The notes under the pieces: model-generated
What the model saw: only the letters and a program-made list of their open reading frames with translations
What the model was told of the DNA's origin: nothing
Database searches by the model: none
Shown: positions 13,401 to 27,600 of the stretch, one piece after another
Layout: each line of letters opens with the position of its first letter
Position numbering within the stretch: the stretch's first letter is position 1
Position numbers and translations under genes: made by a program
Assembly: GCA_028826165.1 (NCBI GenBank)
Contig: JAPDFW010000054.1
Span: 124,001-188,000, forward strand
From: Anaeramoeba ignava BMAN
Taxonomy: Eukaryota > Protista > Anaeramoebae
Direction: 5' to 3'
DNA length: 64,000 nucleotides

Positions 13401-16400
13401 TCAACTGCGCTTATGCATTTCTACAATACTATTCAGCTCAAGCGGTTTGCATCGCAGCGAGAGACTTTTAAACATGAATGTGTGAGGAATATTCGCGCTC
13501 ATAAATCAACTCTTTTAAGTTTTCAAGTTTTTAAAAAAATCATCAGATTTGTGGATAAGCATTATGATGATCCGCGGAAAAGAAAAAAGGATTTCAACGC
13601 GAAGATTGTTGAGATTGAGAAGAAGTATCATCTGATCGATTTGTGCATTGGGGATCTACGACATTATCTTGAGCGAGCGAAGGAGAATGCAGAGAAAATA
13701 TTCCGGAGCCAAAGTCAGAATCAAAGTCAAAATCAAAGTCAAAATCAAAATCAAAGTCAAACCAAGAAGAAAAGTAGCGAAATTAAAGCAGATAAAAGTG
13801 GTGATAGTGCAGAGATACAGAAAGCAATGATGGCAACGGATTTCTCATTGATGGTTCTTGAGGGAAAACAACCGCATAGCACAGAGATCTCAGAACGTAT
13901 CAATTTCATTGATTTTGTTGTGACACATTCGGGGATTGCATTAAGTTTCAAACAACTTGAAGAGCTTTGGAATAGCCTTATTGGGAAAGCATTTTCGCGA
14001 GTGGAGTCTAACGCTCTTCTTGAATGGCTTGAGAAGACACCGATGGCAAGTCCAAGCGAGACTGTTGGGGAAGTAAGCATTGATGTATCAGTGGGGAAAA
14101 AATTCTTCAAAGAGAAAATAAGTTTAGTGGATCCTGGAAAATTAAGCATAGTAGCATTCAGGGTGTTCCGCAGATTCTTCATCCTTGCGAACGAGGAGAA
14201 GAAGCTTGTGTCTCGGGAGTACAAGGTTGTGGATTCAGACCCGAAAAACATGAACAGCGATTACCAGATGGCATACTACCAATCTGTTTCCAAACCGTCT
14301 CAGAAAGTGGTGCCTGATGGATATCTTCTGGAGAACATAAAGCTGTATAAGATAGATGCTCTGTGGAATATTTTGTTGCACGCCGAGGATCCTAATGTTG
14401 CGCAGAAGGCAATGGATTTCATTTCTGAGTTGCACTTGTATCTCTCGCCAAAACTTGAGTCTTCAAGAAACAAGATCACGCAGAGCCTCCTTGAAAAAGC
14501 AACAACGCATTTAGCCAATGCTCGCAAGGAATTGAGGAGCATTGAGAGCGCAAACAAGGACAAGGAAGTTACAGAAAGACAGATAAAAATACAACTGAGA
14601 ATCATGTCAAGATGTCTTGCTCTTTTAAGATCTTTTGTTGAGTTTTTCGACCAGAAACAGGACGCAAAAGAAAAGCCCATTCCCAGTTTGGAACCCCATA
14701 GCAAACAAGTCGGAATGGCGCAAATTGTGGTGCGCGTTGATTTCCAAGGTGCAAGAACACTCAGTATTGTCACACATAAAAAAGCTACTTTGGCTGAGCT
14801 TGTTGATGATATTGCTGTTGAATTAAAAACTTCAAGTCAGAATTTAACTGTGTTTTTATCAGGAACTGAACTCACACCAAACATGAAAAAGCAACGGCTT
14901 GACAGCTATGGAATTTCAAGATTGAATAATATCCTTGTTCAACAAAAAGAGGAAAAAGAAAAAGAAAAAACAAATGAAGAAAAAACAAATGAAGAAAAAA
15001 TAACGGAAAAAACAACAGAAAATGAAAACCAGCCGGAAAATCCTCCGCCAAAAACAGGGGATGCTCAAACAAAGCCGGAAAACACATCAAAAACAACAAA
15101 TGTAACGGAAACAGTTCCGCAAAACGACAGATTTCCGGCGCGTTTTCTCGCACAAGAAAAATGGTTCCGAGTGCTTTTGGATCTTCTTGATCTTCCAACG
15201 GAAATTGCGGAAAAAGCGTGGGATTTGTTGATGATTCTTCCGACAAACCCAAGAATAGTGACATTAATTTCGAGCGTTGTTGAAGATCACAATGTGTCGT
15301 TTGTTCCCTTCTATCAAAATGAAAGTACACTCGCACTTCTTGTTGGCGGGGATGCAGAAAACCGACGAAAGGAGATGCTGCGGGAAACTGTTTCATGGCC
15401 AGATATTTTCGATTTCACCTCTCCAAAAACACTGCGTTTCCATTACTCGTTGCAAATTCTGGAAATGCTTGCTGTTGTGGCGCCTGAGTCGCGACAGAAA
15501 ACACTGAAGACCAGCGGATCATTGCGGGACTCCGTGTTCTGTGATGGGTTTATCAAGAAGGATGGGTTCATGCATCTGGTCTCTGCATTAGGCTATTTTG
15601 GAGATAGTGTTTTTGGAAGGATCCGCAAAATCATTGATGATCCAAATGAGAATTTGATCAACAAAAAATTATCTCAAGAGAAAATGGCGGAGTTGGAGAT
15701 ACAATTACAAAGCAATCCTTATCTATTCTCAACGCTCGCATTATTCATGTCAGTTTTCAATTACATCATCACATTGAATCCGTTGACCAGTTCTTATTCA
15801 CCAATTACGCAAAGTGTTGCGGAGCTTGTTGGCGGATCGGACAATCCTCTTGTTGAGAAACTGATCAAAACCCTTCTGCGCATTATATACTACACAGCAC
15901 TATTATCCACTGCTGTTGGCACGAGCATGGTCTCTATTCGCGCAGACGTGATCCGATTTCTTGCGAGCGCAACAACAACACTTATGATTTTTATTCTTCG
16001 AGATACAAGTCTTTTTGTGCCGAGTTTCGCAACATTGGGGATCAGCATCGATGACTGGATTCTCTACACATTGATTGTGCAACCGATTCCTGAAGCGAGA
16101 CATATTGTATCGCTGTTTTTATTTGGGATTTTCACTCGATTCTCTCTGACAGATAAAATGATCGAAAAATTTCAATATGAAATCAAAAATAACAAAGACA
16201 AAGAATCAGAGTTTTTTTCTTTGCAAGATATCCAGTTCGGATGCGATGCGCCGTTGAAATTTCTATTCGACAAACTCGTGGGACTTCTTCCTCATGCGGA
16301 GAAATTCCAGCATACTTCGCGTGAATGGATGAATCTTTTATCAAACATCGTTTCTTTCATTGATGAAATCCCAGGCGATAATTGGGAAACAGTGATTGGT

Positions 16401-19400
16401 GATGGACAAGAAACAACGGAAAGCAAACGTCTTCCCGTGACTGATATTGTGGATCAATACCAGCCAAAACTTATTGAAGATGTTGTCGAAATGATCAAAA
16501 AACATCCTGTCGTCGAAATGAGTGCTAATGATAATGACTTTCTTCTCCGCGGACTTCTGCATTTTGCAGGAGTACTTCTTCACAGAGAATCCAGCGAGAA
16601 ATTCCACAAGCGCATTGGACTTGAACTTGGTCTTATTGACGAGCTTTTCAAAGTGGAGCTTTTCGACTTTGCGGATAAAACAAATCAAAATTGGCGAAAT
16701 TTACCGAAATGCAAGTCTCCCAACACACGCAAGGAGTGTTTCAAGCTTCTTGTCCACACTATCGAGAACAGCGATGCAAGTCGGGAGCATTTAAGCAAGA
16801 TGATATTTTTCCAAGTGCAACGGATCCAACCGCCGAATGATTGGATATCTTCTATGCCTAGCACTGGACAAAGCAGAATGAATGTGAGCGGATATGTTGG
16901 ATTGCGAAATCAAGGCGCGACATGCTATATGAACTCTATTCTCCAACAGCTTTTCTTCACGCCTGAATTCCGCAAAGGTGTTTTATCAATTGCGCAAAAA
17001 GGAGATGGTGTTTCTTCAAAGAACAAACAGAAACGGGGGAAAATGTCATATCGTGATTTACTCCATTCGGAAAAATCTCAAAATATCACGAATAATCAAA
17101 TCACATCACATGATTCGGCTATTGCGTACTCGCAAATGAGCAAGAAAGAGCGTGATGAATACGATGCGCGATCGATGCTTTCGCAACTGCAAACAATGCT
17201 TGTTTTTCTGCAGGAATCACGCACAAGATACTACGACACACTTCCCTTCTGTCGCGCGTTTAAGGATTCCGATGGACAACCAATTAACGTTGGTCGGCAA
17301 CAGGATGCCAATGAGTTTCTGAATCTCCTTTTCGACCGCGTTGAAATGGGTCTTAAAGGAACTCCGAAACAGGATCTTTTGAAAGACGTTTTTGGCGGAA
17401 AACTCATTCATCAAGTCATCTGTCTCAGCGATCAATCCCATCGTTCGGAACGTGATGAACCATTCTTCACAATCCAAGTTCAAGTTGCAAATCAAACATC
17501 ACTTCAAAATTCCCTTAACGCATTTATCCAACCTGATATGCTCAATGGTGATAACCAATATTTCTGTTCATCCTGCAACACAAAAGTCGATGCTCTCAAG
17601 AATTGTTGTCTTAAAGAACTTCCGAACGTTCTCATCTTCAACCTCAAACGTTTCGAATTCGATTTCCAAACAATGCAAAATGTTAAAATTGATTCTTATT
17701 TTGAATTTCCGCATTTTATCGACATGAAACCATTCACACTCGAAGGTCTCAACATCGAGATTTCCAACGACAACAACACAAACGACGCACAAAACGCACT
17801 CGAAGATACCGGCGAGCTCCCTCTTGGTAACGACGATGAGATTGTTCGACCCGATGATAATGACGATTCAGATGATGATTTAAATGAACAAAATTCAAAC
17901 TCCTCTTTAAACCAAATGGACGATCTCCATACAGACACAACGGAAACACAGCACCTCCTCTCGCGCAAGAACAGATCGCTCGAGGACTCGTTTGTGTCCG
18001 AATCCACCGACATTGATGCCAATTTTGGGTATCATGAGCTCGACACTGAACAGGAACAGGATCATGATCTTTCTTTTGAAAACGATCCAAATGCAAACCA
18101 TCAAAGTCAGGAAGACATTGACAGCAACAAGGCTCAAAAGGGAAAAAAGAAGAACGTCAAGAAACTCAACTTCAACTTTTTGGAACGACCGAAAGAATAT
18201 TACGAATTCGAGCTTGTCGGCGTTGTTGTGCATTCTGGCACGTCTGAATACGGCCATTATTATTCATATATTCGAGTTGCGGATGATCCGAACGCGCAAA
18301 CTGAACCGAACGTCAAAAGCGCTCCAAAAACTTCGGTTTTAACAAACATCATTGAGCCGCTAACAGATCCAAACAGCGAAACAACCGAGATACCTTTTGG
18401 TTCAGATCCCTCTACTCTTGTGTCGACAATATTGTCTCAATCTGTCTTCTCTGAAAATTCTCTTTCGAAATGGAGTGTTTCTGAACAAAACAAGCCCATT
18501 GCAAAATCTGTCCAGGAAGTAGATCCAAAAACATTTGGAGTGTGGAACGAGTTCAACGACACAAGTGTAATTCCTTTTGATGCCAATGATCTTCCCGATG
18601 AGGCTTTTGGACAACCCCAACAAGCACAAAATTCTGGGCAAATGACTAACGGCCAAACAGGTCAACAACAAATCTCTCAACCACCAACAACAATGTGTCT
18701 TGCGAACTCGAAAACGCACCGAAGATTCAATGCTTACATGCTTTTCTATCGCCGCAAGAAATACTTCCCTCATTCTGATACCGCAGAAAAGCAGCAAGTT
18801 CCCCAACAGAACGCAAAACCGATCGATATTGATCTCAATTTGGGTTTTGATCAAGAAGTGCATTTTGTTGATGATGAAAAGAAATCTTCTCCCGATCTTG
18901 ATTCCAACAAAACTGACGAGAAATCTCCGAAAAACGAAGAGGTTTCCGAGCTTGTCAAGACGATCCGCACTCGCAACACAATTGCGCAACAAGAAAAAGA
19001 TATTTTCGAACCGAAATACATTGATTTCTTATTCAAAGTAATCACGCAAGATGAGAGTTGGATGCAACGCGTTTCGCAGAAGAAAAGTTTGGAAAATGAG
19101 GACAATTTGTCCAGTTTTAAAAGCAATGAGTTCGTTATTCTTAAATTTGCAACTTTGTTTTGGATCAATGTTGTTTCTCATGCGGAAGATCGATCCAAAT
19201 TTGTTGAATGGGCAAATCATCTTAAAAATTTATATATCAATTGGGTTATGGCTTCAAAATGGTTTTTGCATAAGATGATTTTTGCCAAATGGACTTCGCA
19301 AATGCTTGTTAAATGTCCTCATGATGAGACTAAATCTTCTTTTGTTCAAGTTCTTGATGTTGTTTTCCGTTCTCTTTCTGATGTTGAAAGTCGTTTTTAT

Positions 19401-21328
19401 TCTGATTTTGTTCCTATCAATGAAGTTAAAAATGAGTTGGATGCTTTTCAAGATGAATCTTTTGGTGAGATTGAAGTTGTTGATTCTGATCAACCTGTAT
19501 CTAAGTCTTCATTGATTCGATTTATGCGGCATTTATTCAAGAAGGTATAAAAATTCAATAAAAATTAAATTATAAAATTAATTAAAATTCATTTATAAAA
19601 ATAAAATTGGATAAAAAATTAAAATTAATTTATTAAAATTAATAAAATTAAAATTAAAATTAAATTAAAATTAAAATTAAAATTAAAATTAAAATTAAAA
19701 TTCATTTATAAAATTAAAATTAAAATTATAAAATTAAAATTAAAATTAAAATTAAAATTCATTTATAAAATTAAAATTAAAATTAAATTAAAATTAAAAT
19801 CGGATAAAAATTAAAATTAAATAAAAAATTAAAATTAAAATTAAAATTAAAATTAAAATTAAAATTAATAAAATTAAAATCGGATAAAAATTTAAAATCA
19901 TTTTATAAAATTAAAATTAAAAATAAAAATTAAAATTAAAATTACTTAAAAAAATTAAAATTAAAATTAAAATTAAAATAAAATTAAAATAAAATTAAAA
20001 AATTTAAATTAAAATTAAAATTAAATTAAAATTAAATTAAAATTAAAAATTAAATTAAAATTAAATTAAAATTAAAATTAAAAATAAAATTAAAATTAAA
20101 ATTAAAAATTAAAATTAAAATTAAAATTAAAATTAAATTAAAAATTAAAATTAAAATAAAAATTAAATTAAAATTAAAATTAAATTAAAAATTAAAAAAT
20201 AAAAATAAAAATTAAAATTAAAATTAAAATTTTAAAATAAAATTAAAATTAAAATTCCATTTATAAAAAAAATATAAAAATTAAAAATTTGGTGTAAAAT
20301 TAAAATTAAAAAAATTAAAATTAAAATTAAAATTATTTATAAAATTAAAATTAAAATTAAAATTAAAATTTAAAATAAAATTAAAAATTAAAATCTGAAA
20401 TTAAAAATTTTAAAATTAAAAAATAAAATTAAAATTAAAATTTAAATTAAAATTAAAATTAATTTATAAAATTAAAATTAAAATTAAAATTAAAATTCAT
20501 TTGGAAAATTAAAATTAAAATTAAAATTAAAATTCATTTATAAAATTAAAAAAATTAAAATATTAAAATTAAAAATTAAATGATCTCAAATTTTACCAAA
20601 ACCAATGCAAATTAGTTCTTCAAGAACAAGAAAAAATTCGAAGACAACAACGCATGGATTACTACTCATTCAAAATGGAAAAACCCGCAATCGAAACAAA
20701 CTTGATCTTACCCAAACATTTTGCACCTCTTATTGAAATTATTTCCTTATTAATTTGCGGCTCAGAAATTGAAGACGATGCTGTTTTTGATCACGCTTTC
20801 GATCAAAACAGAGACAAAGAAAAACCCGTCTTAATTACTGCGGTCTTTGATCACGCTTTCGATCAAAACAGAGACAAAGAAAAACCCGTCTTAAATACAC
20901 AATTCATAAAGCAACATCAAGAGTTCTTCACAACGATCATCGATGGTGATATCAATCCAAAAGCTATGAATAATATTGTTAGATTTTTATGCAGAAATTC
21001 AAACAACATGACCCGTTTCTTCGTTAATTTGGCAATCGATTTCCTTGAAAAATCACCAAGAAGAACAGTCAATATTACTGCATTTATGGAAATCATCTCA
21101 ACAATGATTCTTATTGATGACTCTCTTCAACCTACTCGTATCGATACAATCATGCAAAAATTATTCAATTGCATCAGATCAATTTCAATGAATACAGAAG
21201 CTTCTCAACAAATTTACAAACAAATGATCAAAATGGTCAAACTAAATAAAATATCAAAAGATTGGGTTTTGCAAAGAAAATCAGAAGCTGCAGATATCGC
21301 TTCCCAAATTGGTCTTCATCTCAAATAA
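10472..21328 (+). CDS. Large USP9X/USP24/USP34-family deubiquitinase (paralogue B); introns 10797-10898, 11047-11548, 11952-12059, 12219-12422, 19545-about 20615
   Basis: Frame is restored across the first four introns. LVQNVQHFGYIGGF N-terminal motif, internal UBL-like segment, GLRNQGATCYMNSILQQL, QQDANEF, YFCSSC finger, VVHSGTSEYGHYYSYI, WNEFND. The last junction is not frame-consistent as assembled. Confidence 0.88.
11065..11530 (+). repeat. Intronic minisatellite, about 18-bp unit TAAATATTAAATATAAAA
   Basis: Direct tandem copies fill USP-B intron 2. Confidence 0.9.
19560..20580 (+). repeat. Intronic (AAAATT)n microsatellite
   Basis: Hexamer array fills the last USP-B intron. Confidence 0.9.
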
Positions 21329-21626
21329 TCACTCAAAATTATTACATTTTTTTTTTTCATCTTTTAATTTGAATTTAAAAATTTGAATTTAAAATTGGAT
21401 TTTTTAAATCTGATTAATTTGAATTGCTTTATCATTCCCAAGTTTCTTTTAATTCAAATTTCTTTCTTTCTTTCTTTCTTTCCAATTCCTTTTTTATTCT
21501 ACTTTATCTTTTTTTTCTTTTTTTTTCTTTTGACTTTTTTTTTGGAATGAATGAAAAATCCAAAACAAAAAAATCATTTTTTTCATTTTTTTCATTTTAA
21601 TTCATTTTAATTTTTTTTTAAAAAAA

Positions 21627-24600
21627 ATGAATGAAGCAGATTCAATGTTAGAAACTCTTCTTGAAAATGATGAAATTGGTGCTCTTGCCAAAATCATTAT
21701 TGAATCAGGAAAACCACAAGAATTCACTGAAAAACTTGAACTTTATACTGAAAAAAAAACAAAAGAAATTGAATCTCTTGTTAATTTTCATTTCCAACAA
21801 TTTGTTTATTCAGTTGATGAACTTTTATCAATTCAATCAAATGCAAAAGAATTAAAAGATTCCATCTTCAATTTAAATAACAAAGTTCAAACAGCAGGAG
21901 AAAAACTTGAACAAAAAGTGATTTACAAACCAATTTAAAATATTAATCAATTTAAAATATTTATCAATTTAAAATATTTATTAATTAAAATATTTATCAA
22001 TTTAAAATATTTATTAATTTAAAATATTTATTAATTAAAAATTTAAAATATTTTTATAAAAAATTTAAAATATTAAATTAATTTAAAATATTAATCAATT
22101 TAAAATATTTATCAATTTAAAATATTTATCAATTTAAAATATTTATTAATTAAAAATATTTATCAATTTAAAATATTTATTAATTTAAAATATTTATTAT
22201 TTAAAATATTTATTAATTTAAAATATTTATTAATTAAAAATATTTATCAATTTAAAATATTTAAAAAATATTAATTTAAAAATATTTTTAATTAAAAATT
22301 TTTAAAAATATTTATAATTAAAAAATTTAAAATATTTATTAATTTAAAAAAATATTTATCAATTTAAAATATTTATCAATTTAAAAATATATTTAAAATA
22401 TTAATTTAAAATATTTATCAATTTAAAATATTTATTAATTTAAAATATTAATTAATTTAAAATATTTATCAATTTAAAATATTTATTAATTTAAAATATT
22501 TATTAATTTAAAATATTTATTAATTTAAAATATTTATCAATTTAAAATATTAATCAATTTAAAATATTTATTTAAAATATTTAAAATATTTATTATTATT
22601 AAAATTTTAAATCAATTTAAAATATTTATTTATTAATTAAAATATTTATTAATTAAAAATATTTATCAATTAAAATATTTAGTCTCAATTATTATTGAAA
22701 AGTAGAATTATTTTAAAAAATTTACAAATTTCAATTGATCTTTTACAATCATGTCGAGAAATGTTTTCAAAATTTGATCCAATTTATCAAGATATTTCCA
22801 AAGAAAGATATTTTTTTGCAATTTCTGTAAAAAATGGATTTATTTCCAAAATTTATATTCAATTTATTTCCAATTTATTTCCAATTCATTTCCATTTTCA
22901 AAATTTAGAAGTTAGATAATATAGAAAATGTTCAATTACCAAAATATTCTGGATATTCTTTTATTGATCTTATAAAATCTACAATACCTTTAATTAAAGC
23001 AAAAATCAAAGCAGAAATTCAAAAAGGATTTCAAAAATGGCTTTATAAGTATTTTTATTTCAAATTCAATTCAAATTCAATTATAAATTTAATTCCAAAA
23101 TTAGATTCCATAAACATTCAAAAGAAATTGGGAAATCTGCAATTACTCAAATTAAAAATGATCCAGATACAACAGATGCTATAAATTTAAATATTATAAC
23201 GTATAAAAAAGTTCAATTTGTTCTTGTTTATCGCGATTTTTATTTATTTCAGTGTTTAGGTTGTGGTGATGAATTTAAAAATTATTATAAAGATATGAGA
23301 AAAGTAAATAAAATTATTTTTATCCGAATTTATTTTAAATTTAAATTTATTTCAAAATTCAAATTTATTTCAAAATTCAAATTTATTTCAAAATTATTTC
23401 AAAATTCAAATTTATTTTAAATTCAAATTTATTTTAAATTCAAATTTATTTTAAATTCAAATTTATTTTAAAATTCATTTCAAAATTCAAGTTTATTTTA
23501 AAATTCAAATTTATTTAAAATTCAAGTTTATTTAAATTAAAGTTCATTTTAAGTTTATTTTAAATTTCAAGTTTATTTTAAATTCAAGTTTATTTTAAAT
23601 TCAAGTTTATTTCAAAATTCAATTAAAAATTTTATTTCAAAATAGAAAAATTTATTTTAAATTCAAATTTATTTCAAAATTCAAATTTATTTTAAATTCA
23701 AGTTTATTTAAAATTCAAGTTTATTTTAAATTCAAATTTATTTTAAAATTCAAGTTTATTTTAAATTCAAATTTATTTCAAATTCAAGTTTATTTCAAAT
23801 TCAAGTTTATTTTAAATTCAAATTTATTTTAAATTCAAGTTTATTTTAAATTCAAGTTCATTTTAAGTTTATTTTAAATTTCAAGTTTATTTTAAATTTA
23901 AATTTATTTTAAATTCAAGTTTATTTAAAATTCAAGTTTATTTTAAATTCAAATTTATTTAAAATTCAAATTCATTTTAAGTTTATTTTAAATTTCAAGT
24001 TTATTTAAAATTCAAATTTATTTTAAATTCAAGTTTATTTAAAATTCAAGTTTATTTTAAATTCAAATTTATTTCAAAATTCAAATTTATTTTAAAATTC
24101 AAATTTATTTTAAGTTTATTTTAAATTCAAGTTTATTTCAAAATTCAAATTCATTTTAAGTTTATTTTAAAATTCAAGTTTATTTCAAAATTCAAATTTA
24201 TTTTAAATTCAAGTTTATTTTAAAATTCAAATTTATTTCAAAATTCAAATTTATTTAAAATTCAAGTTTATTTTAAAATTCATTTCAAAATTCAAGTTTA
24301 TTTTAAATTCAAATTTATTTCAAATTCAAATTTATTTTAAGTTTATTTCAAAATTCAAATTTATTTCAAAATTCAAATTTATTTTAAATTCAAGTTTATT
24401 TCAAAATTTAAATTTATTTAAAATTCAAATTTATTTTAAATTCAAATTTATTTTAAAATTCAAATTTATTTTAAAATTCAAATTTATTTTAAATTTATTT
24501 TAAATTCAAATTTATTTTAAATTCAAGTTTATTTTAAATTCAAATTTATTTTAAAATTCAAATTTATTTTAAATTTATTTTAAATTCAAGTTTATTTTAA

Positions 24601-27600
24601 ATTCAAATTTATTTTAAATTCAAATTTATTTTAAATTCAAATTTATTTTAAATTCAAATTTATTTTAAAATTCAAATTTATTTTAAATTCAAGTTTATTT
24701 TAAAATTCAAATTTATTTCAAAATTCAAGTTTATTTCAAAATTCAAATTTATTTTAAAATTCAAGTTTATTTTAAATTTCAAGTTCATTTTAAGTTTATT
24801 TTAAATTCAAGTTTATTTCAAATTCAAATTTATTTTAAATTTAAATTTATTTAAAATTCAAATTTATTTAAAATTCAAATTTATTTTAAATTTCAAGTTT
24901 ATTTCAAAATTCAAGTTTATTTTAAATTCAAAATTATTTTAAAATTTAAATTTATTTAAAATTCAAATTTATTTTAAATTCAAATTTATTTTAAAATTCA
25001 AATTTATTTTAAAATTCAAATTTATTTTAATATCCTTTCTTCTTTTATTAAAAAAAGAAACAATCCGATATAGTTTCTCAACCTGTTTCTATCCATGAAA
25101 ACTTTCTTGAAAATTTTGAAATTTATCTCAACCAAATTGCAGGTTTCTTTGTTATAGAAAGAACTGTATCAAGAGATGCAAAAGGTTTACTTGAAAGATC
25201 ATATTTAAATTCACTTTGGGAAGCAACTATTGGGAAAATCAAAGCAGTTCTTTTGGAAAAATTTGAATATTTAAAAGACACTTATTCACTTCTTACAATC
25301 AAAGAATTAACTATTCTTTTTTGCAAAACAATGAAATTTTATTTATTTGATACTACTTCAATTATGAATTTACTTAAAGAACAAAATTCTAAATTTAGTG
25401 CCATTTTAAATGAAGAATGTAAAAATAAACTCAATTCTCATTTCAAAAATTGGAATTTACAACCATTAATTATCAATTCTTATAAAGAATATCAAGAAAA
25501 AATTCAACCTTTTGAATCAGTTTTAGTTCAAGATGAAAAACAAGATGAAAAGAAAAATCAAAATCAAAATCAAAATCAAAAAAATAACCAGAAAAGAAAA
25601 GAAAGGGAAAAAGAACAAAAACAGAAATCTCAATTTGAACAAAATATTAATTCAGAAAAATCTTTGTAATCAAAGCAACATAAATTTATAATTAATTCAA
25701 ATCAATTTAATTTAATTTAATTTAATTTTAATTTAATTCAATATTTAATTATCTTGATTAGATCATTCCCAATGAAATTCAATTTCACTGATATGATTCC
25801 TCAAGTTTGTACAACAATTACAATGTTTATTCATCAATTATTTCAATTTATTGGAGACTTAGAATTTGGTGATGATTATATTCAAATTGCAACAGATCAA
25901 TTATTTATTGAAGGATTTACTCACAATTTTTCTGAAATTATCAAAATGTATTCAAAAGATGTTGATAAACAAATAATTTTTTTATCAGAATCACTTACCT
26001 TAGAAAGATGTTGTACTTATTTTGAGAAACTAATTCAACAAATCAAGGAAAGTAGAAGACCTTATACTCTAACCTCAAAAATTCAATTTCAACATTCTCT
26101 TAATTTATCAGAAAATTTTATTATTGAATATCTTAAAAAAGAAATTTCAAAATCATTTGCTTCTGGAGAAAATATTAATTGGTATCAAAATTCTTTCCAA
26201 AACAAAATGAGAAGAAGAATAATTTGATTTATTTTTCATTTTCCAAATTTTGTTTTAAACCAAAAAAAAAAGGCTTCCTAATGCACCAGAAATTGATGTT
26301 ACAAGACCTTATATTAGGCAAATTAGTGAATTTTTAGAAAAAATATTTTTTAGACTTTCTTCTTTTCCAAGTCATGTTTATGAATCTATTTTAAATACAT
26401 CATGTCATTTTATTGCAGAATCAATGATGGTATTTAATTCAATATTCAATTCAATTCAATTCAATTCAATTCAATATTCAATTCAATTCAATTTAATTTA
26501 ATATTTAATATTTAATTCAATATTTAATATTTAATTTAATTCAATTCAATTTAATATTTAATATTCAATTCAATATTTAATTCAATATATTCAATATTCA
26601 ATATTCAATTCAATATTTAATTCAATATTCAATTCAATATTCAATATTTAATTATTCAATATTCAATTCAATATTTTATTATTCAATATTTAATATTCAA
26701 ATTCAATTCAATATTATTTAATTCAATTCAATTCATTATTCAATTTTAATATTTAATATTTAATATTTCATATTCAATATATTCAATTCAATATTTATTC
26801 AATATTCAATTCAATATTCAATATTCAAATTCAATTCAATTTCAATTATTCATATTCAATATTCAATATTCAATTCATATTACCAATATTTAATTTCAAT
26901 TCAAATATTTAATATTTAATATTCAATTTAATATTTAATTCAATATTTTAATTTAATTCAATTCCAATTCAATTATTTAATTCAATTCAATTCAATTCAA
27001 TTCAATTCAATTCAATTCAATTCAAAGAATTCCAATATTTAATTCAATATTTTAATATTCAATTCAATATTTAATATTCAATTCAATTCAATATTTAATA
27101 TTTAATCAAGAGTCATTCAATATTTAATATTCCAATTCAATTCAATTCAATTTCAATTCATATTTTAATATTCAATTTTAATATTTAATTCAATTTAATA
27201 TTTTATTTTCAATATTCAATTCAATATTCAATATTTCAATTCAATATTCAATTCAATATTCATTATATTCAATATTTAATTTAATTCAATTCAATATTCA
27301 ATATTCAATATTTAATATTCAATTCAATTTATTCAAATTAATTTCAATTCAATATTTAATTATTCAATATTTAATATTTATTTAATATTTAATTCAATAT
27401 TTAATATTCAATTCAATTCAATATTCATTAATATTTAATATTCAATATTCAATATTCAATATTTAATTCAATATTTAATTTAATTCAATTCAATTCAATT
27501 TACCAAATTCAAATTTTTAATTCAATTCAATTCAATTCAATTCAATTCAATATTCAATTCAATATTCAATTTAATTTCAATATTCTATTTAATTCAATTA

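Noticed and set aside
17760-18700. Long insertions in the USP-B catalytic domain as possible second inteins
   Set aside because: Low-complexity acidic or Q-rich loops at usual USP insertion points, without intein terminal motifs.
12737-19515. Many short alternative-frame and antisense ORFs
   Set aside because: Shadows of the GC-richer USP-B exon with no recognisable motifs.
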